A DNA stretch of 64,000 nucleotides, from assembly GCA_947591785.1 (NCBI GenBank), contig CANQDK010000003.1, forward strand, positions 51,868 through 115,867, read 5' to 3'. This stretch comes from an uncultured Clostridia bacterium (GTDB lineage Bacteria; Bacillota; Clostridia; Christensenellales; UBA1242). Below are positions 27,738-36,708 of the stretch, piece after piece; position 1 is the stretch's first letter, and each line of letters opens with the position of its first letter. The notes beneath the pieces were generated by a model, which was given only the letters and a program-made list of their open reading frames with translations, had not been told where the DNA came from and made no database searches. The translations under genes and the position numbers were made by a program.

Positions 27738-28439
27738 ATGAAAAGATTCTACACTATTTTTCTTTTTTGTTTTGCTATAATATTTTTGATTCCAAATTTT
27801 CAATTTGTTCAGGCGGATGATTTAAGTCAAAATAATACTTATTTTGTCACAGCAAATTTTGCGAATGTTTATAGTGAACCAATTTTAAATTCAGAAAAGA
27901 TTATTGGAGAAATCAAGCACAAAGAGATTGTTTATCTTGAAATGGATAATAATACTCCTAAAACCTTTAATGATGGAGATTTTACATTCTATCAACTTAG
28001 TGAAGAGATTTATTCTCCAATTTACAACTCAAATGCCTTTATTTTGACAGAACTTGTTATCCAAAAGTCAAAAGAAATAACTTCCATTCCAAGTTTTAAT
28101 GCAAAAACAAATTCAAATTGCACAGTTTATTTTCTTAAGGATAACGAAAAAGTTGAAAGTGATATAAAATTGGAAAAAGGCACAAAAATCTTTTTATATG
28201 AAGGATATGCACGAAAAAAAACTTTCACTGCTATTGCTTTTATAAATGAAAAAGAAATTTATTACGGTTATTTAGAAACCAGATATATCAGTCCAAATGG
28301 AATTAATCCAATCATTTTTACTTGCATCTTTTTAACTCTCGCAGTTCTCGGTATTATTTTTGCATGGGTATTTATGAAGAGAAGTAAAGTTCGAGTTAAA
28401 GGGAAAGCCTACAACTTAAAAAATAAAAATAAAAAATAA
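27738..28439 (+). CDS. hypothetical secreted protein with a C-terminal membrane anchor
   Basis: 233 aa. Signal peptide (FLFCFAIIFLIPNFQFVQA), two beta-rich repeats that may be SH3b-like, a C-terminal TM segment and a basic tail. Confidence 0.55.
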   Translation: MKRFYTIFLFCFAIIFLIPNFQFVQADDLSQNNTYFVTANFANVYSEPILNSEKIIGEIKHKEIVYLEMDNNTPKTFNDGDFTFYQLSEEIYSPIYNSNAFILTELVIQKSKEITSIPSFNAKTNSNCTVYFLKDNEKVESDIKLEKGTKIFLYEGYARKKTFTAIAFINEKEIYYGYLETRYISPNGINPIIFTCIFLTLAVLGIIFAWVFMKRSKVRVKGKAYNLKNKNKK

Positions 28440-28470
28440 ATTTGCCAACAAAAAATTTTAAAAATTAATT

Positions 28471-28502
28471 GACATAAAACCTTGTTTTTATGTCTTTTTT
28501 TT
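28471..28502 (+). terminator. rho-independent terminator
   Basis: GACATAAAA-CCTTGT-TTTTATGTC followed by T8. Confidence 0.65.
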
Positions 28503-28533
28503 GATTAAATTTGCATAAAAAAAGGAGTTTTAA

Positions 28534-29328
28534 ATGAAAATTAAAGATATTCAAACAAATATGAAAGATGAAAGTGAAAGAAATTTGTTTTACAATCTAA
28601 ATGCTGAAATTAAAAATAACCTTGAAAATTATACTGCAGAAATAGAAAACAAATTGACAACTTTTTCTGAAAACATTGGAGAAATAAGTTCATCTGTGTC
28701 AACACTTGCTTCTCAAATGGGAAATCTTACATCTAGCTTAGAAAACCTGTCAAATAATATGTCAACTCTTTCTCAAAATGTTGATAATATTGATGAAAAA
28801 TATCAAACCTTAAACAACAAAAACGAAGATTTGTCAAATGAAGTTTTATCTTTATCAAACCAAATGAAAAATCTTTTGGAAGAAGTTATTCCAAACCTTC
28901 AAAACAGTGGAAGTGGTGGTGAAGAAAAATGGGATTTACTGTATGACAAAGATAATCCTGAGCATAACCTTGGACTTCCTTCAGGTGCTCATGGGTCAGA
29001 TTGGCAAGTTCTTGAAAACGATTTGCCAGATTTAGCACCTTACAGTGAAATTAGGATAAAATTTTCTCTTTACGGCACTTGGATTTACCAAAACTATAAA
29101 ATATCTGATGTTGTTGACAGTATTAAATGCACAAATCTCACAACTTGTGACGATTTTGCAAATATGCTATTCTTTGTGGTTATTGGTTTTAGATATTTAA
29201 ATGGTAAAAAAATTCTTAGTTTTAATAATGTTAAATCAATAACTTTTGCTAAAAAACAATACCCTGCTATTGCATCAGAAGTGGAAGGTCAATATTGCTA
29301 TATTATGAGAATTGAAGCAAAAGCTTAA
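28534..29328 (+). CDS. hypothetical protein: Ser/Asn/Leu-rich coiled coil plus a C-terminal globular domain
   Basis: 264 aa. AAAGGAG RBS. Heptad-like segment EISSSVSTLASQMGNLTSSLENLSNNMSTLSQNVDNI. No signal peptide. No family recognised. Confidence 0.55.
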   Translation: MKIKDIQTNMKDESERNLFYNLNAEIKNNLENYTAEIENKLTTFSENIGEISSSVSTLASQMGNLTSSLENLSNNMSTLSQNVDNIDEKYQTLNNKNEDLSNEVLSLSNQMKNLLEEVIPNLQNSGSGGEEKWDLLYDKDNPEHNLGLPSGAHGSDWQVLENDLPDLAPYSEIRIKFSLYGTWIYQNYKISDVVDSIKCTNLTTCDDFANMLFFVVIGFRYLNGKKILSFNNVKSITFAKKQYPAIASEVEGQYCYIMRIEAKA

Positions 29329-30263
29329 TCCTTTGGTGTTCGGTTTTTCAAAAAATCAAACACCTTTTTTTCATACAAAACTCCATCAACTGAATATGAC
29401 ATTGCATGAGTTGCTTCTTCAACAATATATTTTTCTCTTAAATTTTGTGGCGTTGAATTAAACAAATTATTAAGATTTTCAATAGGAACAAAATCATCTT
29501 TTTGCCCATGAATAAATAAAATTGGAACTTTTGTGTTTTTTACTTGTTTTATTGTATCAGCATTCTTTAAATCAAAATTATAAAGTCTTTTTGTATAATT
29601 TATCAACAATTTCTTTATAAATTTTAATTTTATATGTTTTGTTTTCATCACATGGTCAAATTCACGACTTGCATTATCAAAAGCACAATCACTTACAACA
29701 GCAACAACATTTTTCAAATCTTTCTCTCCACTTGCCATACACACTGCACTTCCACCCATTGAAACGCCAAAAAGCACAATTCTAACATTTGGATTTTTTT
29801 CAGAGAGAAAGTTTGTCCAACTGATAATGTCAAGTCTTTCAAGCCACCCATAAGTTATGCAGTTGCCCTCACTCTCTCCATGCGTGCGTAAATCAATTGC
29901 AAGCACATTAAAATTTCTTTCGCCGAACATCTTACAATAAGGTTGCATCTCCAGATGATTTTGTCCAAATCCATGCACAATGATGACTGTTTTATCACTT
30001 TTATTATCAAAATAAAATCCAACTAGATTCAAGCCATCAAAACTTTTTATAGAAACTTTTTCAAACTTGACTTTTTCCCACCAACATAAGTCAATTTTAT
30101 AATCTTTTAAACGTTTTTCAGTATCTTTTCTAAGTATGCGTGCAGTCACGCTTTTTCGCGAAAAAGCAATTTTGAATAGAATCGCTCCAATTATAAGATA
30201 AAAAAGTAAAGTCAAAATTATAACTGAAACCAAACCAAGCATAACATACGCAAAAACAATCAT
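29325..30263 (-). CDS. alpha/beta hydrolase (membrane-anchored)
   Basis: 312 aa from the ATG after AAGGAAGGAAG. N-terminal TM segment, HGFG oxyanion region, GVSMGG nucleophile elbow and a late His. Confidence 0.75.
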   Translation of the reverse strand: MIVFAYVMLGLVSVIILTLLFYLIIGAILFKIAFSRKSVTARILRKDTEKRLKDYKIDLCWWEKVKFEKVSIKSFDGLNLVGFYFDNKSDKTVIIVHGFGQNHLEMQPYCKMFGERNFNVLAIDLRTHGESEGNCITYGWLERLDIISWTNFLSEKNPNVRIVLFGVSMGGSAVCMASGEKDLKNVVAVVSDCAFDNASREFDHVMKTKHIKLKFIKKLLINYTKRLYNFDLKNADTIKQVKNTKVPILFIHGQKDDFVPIENLNNLFNSTPQNLREKYIVEEATHAMSYSVDGVLYEKKVFDFLKNRTPKD

Positions 30264-30273
30264 ACTTCCTTCC

Positions 30274-31278
30274 TTAATCCATAATAACTTTGATAGGTTC
30301 TCCCGTTTCTGCATCTTGATATGTTATCCAATAGCCAAACCCCTTTTCATCGTCAAGAGGAAGCCAAACTGGATAACCAGCAAGTTCCTGCGGTGGCCCT
30401 TCTTCAAAAACAGACGGAACTCCATAACAAATACATTTTGGAGAGTTTTTGTCATCATATAAAATGCCAAAGACAAAAAAATCTCCATCATCTTCATAAT
30501 CAACCTTAACCCATTTTGAATATGGAATCAATTCTTGCAAACTGTTTTCAGGAAGATTTGACTGAAACAGTTTGTCTATTTGTGGCTTTAGTCTGTCGTA
30601 AAACAATTCACAATTTTCTTGTTCTTTTGGACTTTCCAAGTTTTCTTTTAATTTTTTTTCGTTTTCAGAAAGTGAATACACTTGTTCACAGTAATCATTT
30701 TTTTCATATTCTTTTTCAATATTCACGCAATCTTCAACAGAATTATCTGGCATATTTGTTTCATTATTTTCAAAAAAATGTTTTTTATATATACAATTTT
30801 CGCATTTGCATGAAACTTCTTTATCAATTTCATTTTCAATGCGTTTTTTTTCTTCACTTTCAAAATCAACACCATACTTATCCAAAACTTTTTTTGTGTT
30901 TTGCATTGAAGAATCACTCGATATTTCTGATATTATTCCAGCATAAATATTGTCATCACTCCCCTCACTTGAACCATAAAGAATTGGAGTTACCTCAGCA
31001 TTTTGAAAATTTACAACTGCACAAGAAAAACTGTTTGGAATCTTGTCTAAATCAAGAAAAAATTCATACAACATTTGACTTTTTAATGTCAATCCCGCTT
31101 TATAAACATGATTTTTTATGAAAAAACCAAGTGACAAAATTCCAACTGGCTCTCTCTGAAAATTATATAGACGAACTGTTCCGCTAACTTTTGTTCCAGT
31201 TTCTTGCAAACATAAAACTGCTTTTTTGTTTGAATTTCTGTCAGTATCACTTAGAACAATACTCTTCCTTAAAAACAT
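30274..31278 (-). CDS. hypothetical protein (acidic, Cys-containing)
   Basis: 334 aa from the ATG after GAGGG. C-terminal block CICYGVPSVFEEGPPQELAGYPVWLPL..GYWITYQDAETGEP. No family recognised. Confidence 0.5.
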   Translation of the reverse strand: MFLRKSIVLSDTDRNSNKKAVLCLQETGTKVSGTVRLYNFQREPVGILSLGFFIKNHVYKAGLTLKSQMLYEFFLDLDKIPNSFSCAVVNFQNAEVTPILYGSSEGSDDNIYAGIISEISSDSSMQNTKKVLDKYGVDFESEEKKRIENEIDKEVSCKCENCIYKKHFFENNETNMPDNSVEDCVNIEKEYEKNDYCEQVYSLSENEKKLKENLESPKEQENCELFYDRLKPQIDKLFQSNLPENSLQELIPYSKWVKVDYEDDGDFFVFGILYDDKNSPKCICYGVPSVFEEGPPQELAGYPVWLPLDDEKGFGYWITYQDAETGEPIKVIMD

Positions 31279-31360
31279 AAAAACCCTCACTTATTATTAT
31301 TATAATTTTTGAGGGCCTTTATTTTGTGCTTTTTATATTGATAATTTTGTCATTTATTGC

Positions 31361-33331
31361 CTATTTTTGTGATTTTAATTTCGTTTCAGCAAATTTAACA
31401 ATGTTTTTTACAGTAAATCCTGCATTTTCATAAACATCTAATCCGTTTCCACTATGTTGATAATTTTCAACTCCAAAAAATGCTCCATTCCCCCCAAGGA
31501 TTTTGAACCATTTTGAATCATTGCTTGCTTCTATTGCCAAAACAAGTTTTGCGTCTTTATAAATAACTTTATTTTTATAATTAATGGATTGTCTTTCAAA
31601 AACCTCTATTGATGGCATTGAAACAACATTAACTGAATGCTTTTTTTGGAGTTCTTTTGCAACTTTTTGAGCTAATTCAACTTCTGAACCACTTGCAACA
31701 AGAACTATATCTGGTTTTTGACATGCGTTTCCTAAAACGTATCCACCATATAATGCATTTTCATAGGAAGTGCCATCAATATGAGGAATATCCTGTCTTG
31801 AAAGAGCAAAACTTACTGGAATGTAATTTTTTATTGCTGTTGCATAACCTGCTATAAGCTCTTGATAATCACATGGACGAAAAACAGTGTTTCCAACAAT
31901 AGCACGAAGTTGTGTGATTTGCTCTATAGGTTGATGAGTTGGGCCATCTTCTCCAACCAAAATAGAATCATGAGTGAAGAAGGACATGGCTGGAATTTTC
32001 ATCATGCTTCTCATTCTTAGTGCTGGCAAAGCATAATTTGCAAAAGATAAAAATGTTGAATCAAAGGTTATAAAATCTTCATACAAAGAAATGCCATTTA
32101 TGATACCAACCATAGCATGTTCTCTGATTCCAAAATGAATATTCTTTCCACGCCTAAATCCAGCAGAAAAATTTCCTGCATTATCGATTGTTGAGAAGGT
32201 TGATGGGCCAACATCTGCGGTTCCGCCAATAACCTGTGGGCATTGATATGCAAGTTCATTCAATGCATAGTGATTGATTTTACGCAAACTTAGTCCATCA
32301 TGCTTTGCAATGTTCTTTAAAATACGCTCAAAATTAACTTTTTTTCTATCAAAAAATGATAAAAATGATTTATAAAGTTCTGGATGTGTGCTGGAATACA
32401 TAGCAAGGTTTTGATTCCATTTTTCATGATTCAGTTTTCCTCGTCGAGTGCTTGCCATACACAACTCTCTCACGTCACTTGGAATATAAAAACTCTCTTT
32501 AACACCCAAATTCTCTTTGAATTTTGCAAGTTCATCTGGAGATAAAACTGCTCCATGAACAGCTGATGTTCCCTCTTTCTGAGTTCCAATACCAATAGTC
32601 GTGCTGAAAATTATGATTGTTGGTTTTTTGCTCTTCTTGGCACGCCCAATCGCTTGCGAACAAAACCAATAGTTATTCCCTTGACTGACTTTAATAACAT
32701 TCCAACCCATTGCACTAAATTTTTTTGCTACATTTTCCCTATTTGCCAAATTCAGTGAACCATCAATAGTCACTTCGTTACTGTCATAAAGTAATATTAG
32801 TTTATTTAAATTTAATGTTCCTGCAAGACTTATCGCTTCTTGTGCAACTCCTTCCATTAAACAGCCATCGCCAACAAAACAATAAATATAATTGTTTATA
32901 ATATCAAATCCGACTGTGTTAAAGCGTTCTTCCAAAACAGATTCAGCAATTGCCATTCCAACAGCATTTGCAACACCTTGCCCAAGTGGCCCTGTGGTAA
33001 CTTCAACGCCTTCTGTGGAACGATACTCTGGATGCCCTGGAGTCTTTGATGCTAGTTTCCTAAAATCCTTCAAATCTTGCAACGAAACATTAAAACCAAA
33101 CATGGAGAGCAAAGAATAATATAAGGCACTTGCATGTCCTGCTGACATCACCAATCTATCACGATTTAAAAAGTCTGTGTCGGAAACATCAAAATTGTAA
33201 TGATCTTTGAAAAGAGCAAATAAAATAGATGATGCACCAAGACTTACGCCCAAATGCCCAGACTTTGCATTTGTTATTGTTTCAGCAGACAGGGCTTTTA
33301 AATAATTTATCGCTTTCTGATTTATATTCAT
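31361..33331 (-). CDS. tkt: transketolase
   Basis: 656 aa. SGHLGVSLG, TPP-binding GDGCLMEGV, and a full-length three-domain layout. Confidence 0.92.
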   Translation of the reverse strand: MNINQKAINYLKALSAETITNAKSGHLGVSLGASSILFALFKDHYNFDVSDTDFLNRDRLVMSAGHASALYYSLLSMFGFNVSLQDLKDFRKLASKTPGHPEYRSTEGVEVTTGPLGQGVANAVGMAIAESVLEERFNTVGFDIINNYIYCFVGDGCLMEGVAQEAISLAGTLNLNKLILLYDSNEVTIDGSLNLANRENVAKKFSAMGWNVIKVSQGNNYWFCSQAIGRAKKSKKPTIIIFSTTIGIGTQKEGTSAVHGAVLSPDELAKFKENLGVKESFYIPSDVRELCMASTRRGKLNHEKWNQNLAMYSSTHPELYKSFLSFFDRKKVNFERILKNIAKHDGLSLRKINHYALNELAYQCPQVIGGTADVGPSTFSTIDNAGNFSAGFRRGKNIHFGIREHAMVGIINGISLYEDFITFDSTFLSFANYALPALRMRSMMKIPAMSFFTHDSILVGEDGPTHQPIEQITQLRAIVGNTVFRPCDYQELIAGYATAIKNYIPVSFALSRQDIPHIDGTSYENALYGGYVLGNACQKPDIVLVASGSEVELAQKVAKELQKKHSVNVVSMPSIEVFERQSINYKNKVIYKDAKLVLAIEASNDSKWFKILGGNGAFFGVENYQHSGNGLDVYENAGFTVKNIVKFAETKLKSQK

Positions 33332-33801
33332 AAAATTCCTCCAAGCATGTTGAGAATTTTGTTACAAACAAAAATTTTCTCAGTTTTGAAAATATTGATT
33401 GTCAAGTCTGATTTCTTTTCAAGTTCTTGACAATGGCTTTCAAAAGAGATGTAATTTGGAACACTCCCATTTTCCTTAACAAATTTTTTTGTGTTCTTTA
33501 AAAAAACTATCACTGCATTTGTTTTTATTATATTTGTATTGTGAATAAAATAGTCATAATTAATTGCAACAACAACATTTTCAAACGATGCTATTTGTTT
33601 TAAAATTTTTATCTCAGCATTTTTGAGATATTCTTTTGTGCATCTTTCTTCGATTGCACCACGATCAATAAGTTCATACTCCACCAAATCTTTCGTATCA
33701 CAAAACAACATACCCAAAGTATGTGACAATTGCTCTCCAATAAGTCGAGTGAAATCGTCACAAAGCGAAACTATGACAATTTTGTTTACTTGTGGCTTCA
33801 T
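33328..33801 (-). CDS. shikimate-kinase-like protein with a degenerate P-loop
   Basis: 157 aa. Aligns by eye to AroK-type kinases (IVIV........LIGEQLSHTLGMLFCDTKDLVE), but the Walker A position reads SLCDDFTR. ATGA overlap with the tkt start. Confidence 0.35.
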   Translation of the reverse strand: MKPQVNKIVIVSLCDDFTRLIGEQLSHTLGMLFCDTKDLVEYELIDRGAIEERCTKEYLKNAEIKILKQIASFENVVVAINYDYFIHNTNIIKTNAVIVFLKNTKKFVKENGSVPNYISFESHCQELEKKSDLTINIFKTEKIFVCNKILNMLGGIL

Positions 33802-33841
33802 AGATATATTTTAACACATCATTTTCATTTTACAAAATTTT

Positions 33842-34918
33842 TTATGATAACTGCGAAATTTTTCTTTTATCTCTTGAAACAGTCCCAAGAATAACAAATA
33901 TTCCACAACCAACGACAGTTACTAAAAGAGGAAAATCAAATTGATTTCTTAAAGAACATATTTTCAAATTTCCCTGAGAAAATACAGAAATCCCAATCAA
34001 TCCATCAGTTTTTGTGCAGAAAATCCCTTTAACTTGCAAATTCTTCAAACGAGAAACAACCTCTTGTGAAGGGTGCGTATTGTCGCCCGCACTGATTAAA
34101 GCATAAGTTGGTGAAACAAATTCCAAAAATTCTATACTGGAAGAATACTTTGAGCCGTGATGAGCAACCAAAAGAAAATCGTATTTTTCTTCAGCATTCG
34201 CTTGCATAAATTCTTTTTCTCTTTCATCCGTTGCATCACCAGTGAGAAGAAGTCTTTTCCCTGCATATTCAATCTTAATAAATGGAGAATAATAATTTGT
34301 GTCTTTATCAAAATCTTTTACGGGTGCAAAAATCTCAATTCCAAATTTATCAAAATAAGTGTCTTCAATAAATTCAACTTGACAATTTGGCTCTTTATAA
34401 ATTGAAGTTATGGCATTTGAATAAGTGACAGTCGTGGAAACAAGATAGTTTTCATCAATTTCAACTTCAAATTCACTTTCTGAAAGGATTTTTGGCCTTA
34501 AAATTTGATTCACCTGATATTTTTCCAAAAATTGCGTTGTCCCACCAACATGGTCAGCATCGCTATGCGTCAAAATCAAACAATCAACATCTTTAATTTT
34601 GTTTTTTGAAAATATGTAATCCATTTGAGAAATCATATCTTTTGCACTATCAACACTGCCTGTGTCAACAACAAAAACACTTTTATCTGGAAAAACTAAA
34701 ACCGTTGAACTTGCCTGTCCAACATCTAAAACATAACATTGAAAATTTGAAAGAGAATTAAAACCATTTAAAAAATATTGAATATTATTTTCATTTAAAA
34801 TTAAAAAAATTATAAAAATAAATAAAAAAATTGCAAAAAATATCTTAAAAATGTCAAAATTTTGCAAATTTTTATATTTTTTTATTAAATTTTTAAAATT
34901 AAATAAATATGATTTCAT
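33842..34918 (-). CDS. metallo-beta-lactamase-fold protein, ComEC C-terminal-domain-like, membrane-anchored
   Basis: 358 aa. N-terminal TM segment, VLDVGQASS, THSDADHVGG and VAHHGSKYS motifs. Confidence 0.65.
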   Translation of the reverse strand: MKSYLFNFKNLIKKYKNLQNFDIFKIFFAIFLFIFIIFLILNENNIQYFLNGFNSLSNFQCYVLDVGQASSTVLVFPDKSVFVVDTGSVDSAKDMISQMDYIFSKNKIKDVDCLILTHSDADHVGGTTQFLEKYQVNQILRPKILSESEFEVEIDENYLVSTTVTYSNAITSIYKEPNCQVEFIEDTYFDKFGIEIFAPVKDFDKDTNYYSPFIKIEYAGKRLLLTGDATDEREKEFMQANAEEKYDFLLVAHHGSKYSSSIEFLEFVSPTYALISAGDNTHPSQEVVSRLKNLQVKGIFCTKTDGLIGISVFSQGNLKICSLRNQFDFPLLVTVVGCGIFVILGTVSRDKRKISQLS

Positions 34919-35738
34919 CTTTATCAAAATCTTTAAGTTTTTTCTTTTTAACTTTCCCTTGAAAAATTCTCATAATTTGTGGCATTAAGTCGATGGCATT
35001 TCGATAGCCTTCTTCAATCATCTCGTCGATTCCGTCAAGTTTTGTTGACTTAAAACGTTTGTTGTCTGTGGCAATCATTACATCAGCACACATATATCCT
35101 TTCACGGCATTACTTTTCATTAAAGTCCTCACCGTGCAACCAAGCACATCAATAATTTTTGTGCTATCTGTCCCATAAGTCCTTGTGCTGTTGCAATCCA
35201 CAGCCACAACAAAATCACAACCAAAATATCTTGGTATATTTGCAGGAATCGTGTTTTGAAGCCCACCATCACACAAAAGATGTTTTCCAAACACAACTGG
35301 ATGAAAAATTCCAGGAACACAACAACTCCCAGCCACCGCTTTTGAAAGTTCTCCATGAGATATGCACAACTCTTTTGTTGTTCTTATGTCAACAGCAACC
35401 GCTGAAAAAGGAGTTTTCAAATCCTCAACTTTTATATTTCCAAGAGTATCAGTCATCAGGCTCTCAATTCCGTCAGTCTTAGATGGCATGAAAAAAACTT
35501 TATTTGTCCTGATATCCTTAACTTTCAAAGATTTTGCAATTTCATATAATTCTTTTGAAGTTAAGCCATTAGCATAAGCCGCACCGATAATGCTCCCCAC
35601 ACTTGTTCCACAAATATAATCAAATTTTAAACCATATTCTTCAAACGCCTTGATGACACCTATATGCGACATTCCTCTCGCACCACCGCCACCAAATGCT
35701 AAACCAATTTTTGGTTTTTTTTTCGCAAAAATGTTCAT
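34899..35738 (-). CDS. patatin-like phospholipase
   Basis: 279 aa. GGGGARG oxyanion motif, GTSVGS lipase motif and a DGG dyad Asp. Confidence 0.85.
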   Translation of the reverse strand: MNIFAKKKPKIGLAFGGGGARGMSHIGVIKAFEEYGLKFDYICGTSVGSIIGAAYANGLTSKELYEIAKSLKVKDIRTNKVFFMPSKTDGIESLMTDTLGNIKVEDLKTPFSAVAVDIRTTKELCISHGELSKAVAGSCCVPGIFHPVVFGKHLLCDGGLQNTIPANIPRYFGCDFVVAVDCNSTRTYGTDSTKIIDVLGCTVRTLMKSNAVKGYMCADVMIATDNKRFKSTKLDGIDEMIEEGYRNAIDLMPQIMRIFQGKVKKKKLKDFDKDEIIFI

Positions 35739-35821
35739 AGCTTTATTATATCAAATAAAAAAACAAATAAAAAATGATTTTTTTGATAATTTTAAATTTA
35801 TTAATTTTTTGTATAGATTTC

Positions 35822-36706
35822 TTACAAATTTTCAAATTCATCAACAAAAATATTCATATCTTCATCAGCAAGAACTCTAAGTCCAAACACTTTTTGTTTT
35901 ATTAATGAAACAACTTCCTTTGAAAATTTGTCAGCCATTGCAAGTTCTTCTTTTGTTGGAGTTCCACCACGTTGCGTTCTTCCAACAACTTGGAATTTCA
36001 TACATTCTCTTCCCAAGAATTGATTAAGTTTTTCAACAATTTTTTCTATGTTCTCAATGTTTTCTCGAACAACAATACACGAACTTTTATTTTCTTTAAA
36101 ATTATCCAAAATTATATTCCCGATTTTTTCATAATCAAGGTCATTTTTTGTTGAAACACAATAGTCGGCATTAACTTTTTTTGAAACGGAAATCGCTATT
36201 GCGGGACATTCTCTGCCCATAACTTCAAAAAGACAAGCTTTTTCCATGGTTTGAATGCTTGGCATAGAATGATTTATGGTGTAAACACCTTCATTGACAG
36301 CTGTTGAAAATCCAATTGAATAGTCACTTCCATTCACGTCATTGTCAATTGTCCCTGGAACAAACAATGTGTTGACACCATTATCAAACAATTCTTTTGC
36401 CCCTCTTTCACTCCCATTTCCACCAAGAATTACAATACAATCAAACTTACGTGCATTTTCAAGTGCAATTTTGAAATATTTTCGCTCCTTAAATTCTGGG
36501 CAACGCGAAGAGCCAATCATAGAGCCTGCCATATCTCTTAATTCTTTTCGTGCAACCTTTGAAAGTGGAAAAATTTGATTGTCTATCAGTCCTCTAAAAC
36601 CAGAATGAGCAAAATAAATGCTATCTTTAAATGATTCATAGAGATTGTATATGAATCTGTTCATTCCTGGTCCGTCACCACCACTACACAATAATAATAT
36701 TTTCAT
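35822..36706 (-). CDS. pfkA: ATP-dependent 6-phosphofructokinase
   Basis: 294 aa. SGGDGPGMN, GGNGS, PGTIDND, EVMGRE and RTQRGG motifs. Confidence 0.85.
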   Translation of the reverse strand: MKILLLCSGGDGPGMNRFIYNLYESFKDSIYFAHSGFRGLIDNQIFPLSKVARKELRDMAGSMIGSSRCPEFKERKYFKIALENARKFDCIVILGGNGSERGAKELFDNGVNTLFVPGTIDNDVNGSDYSIGFSTAVNEGVYTINHSMPSIQTMEKACLFEVMGRECPAIAISVSKKVNADYCVSTKNDLDYEKIGNIILDNFKENKSSCIVVRENIENIEKIVEKLNQFLGRECMKFQVVGRTQRGGTPTKEELAMADKFSKEVVSLIKQKVFGLRVLADEDMNIFVDEFENL

Positions 36707-36708
36707 TT

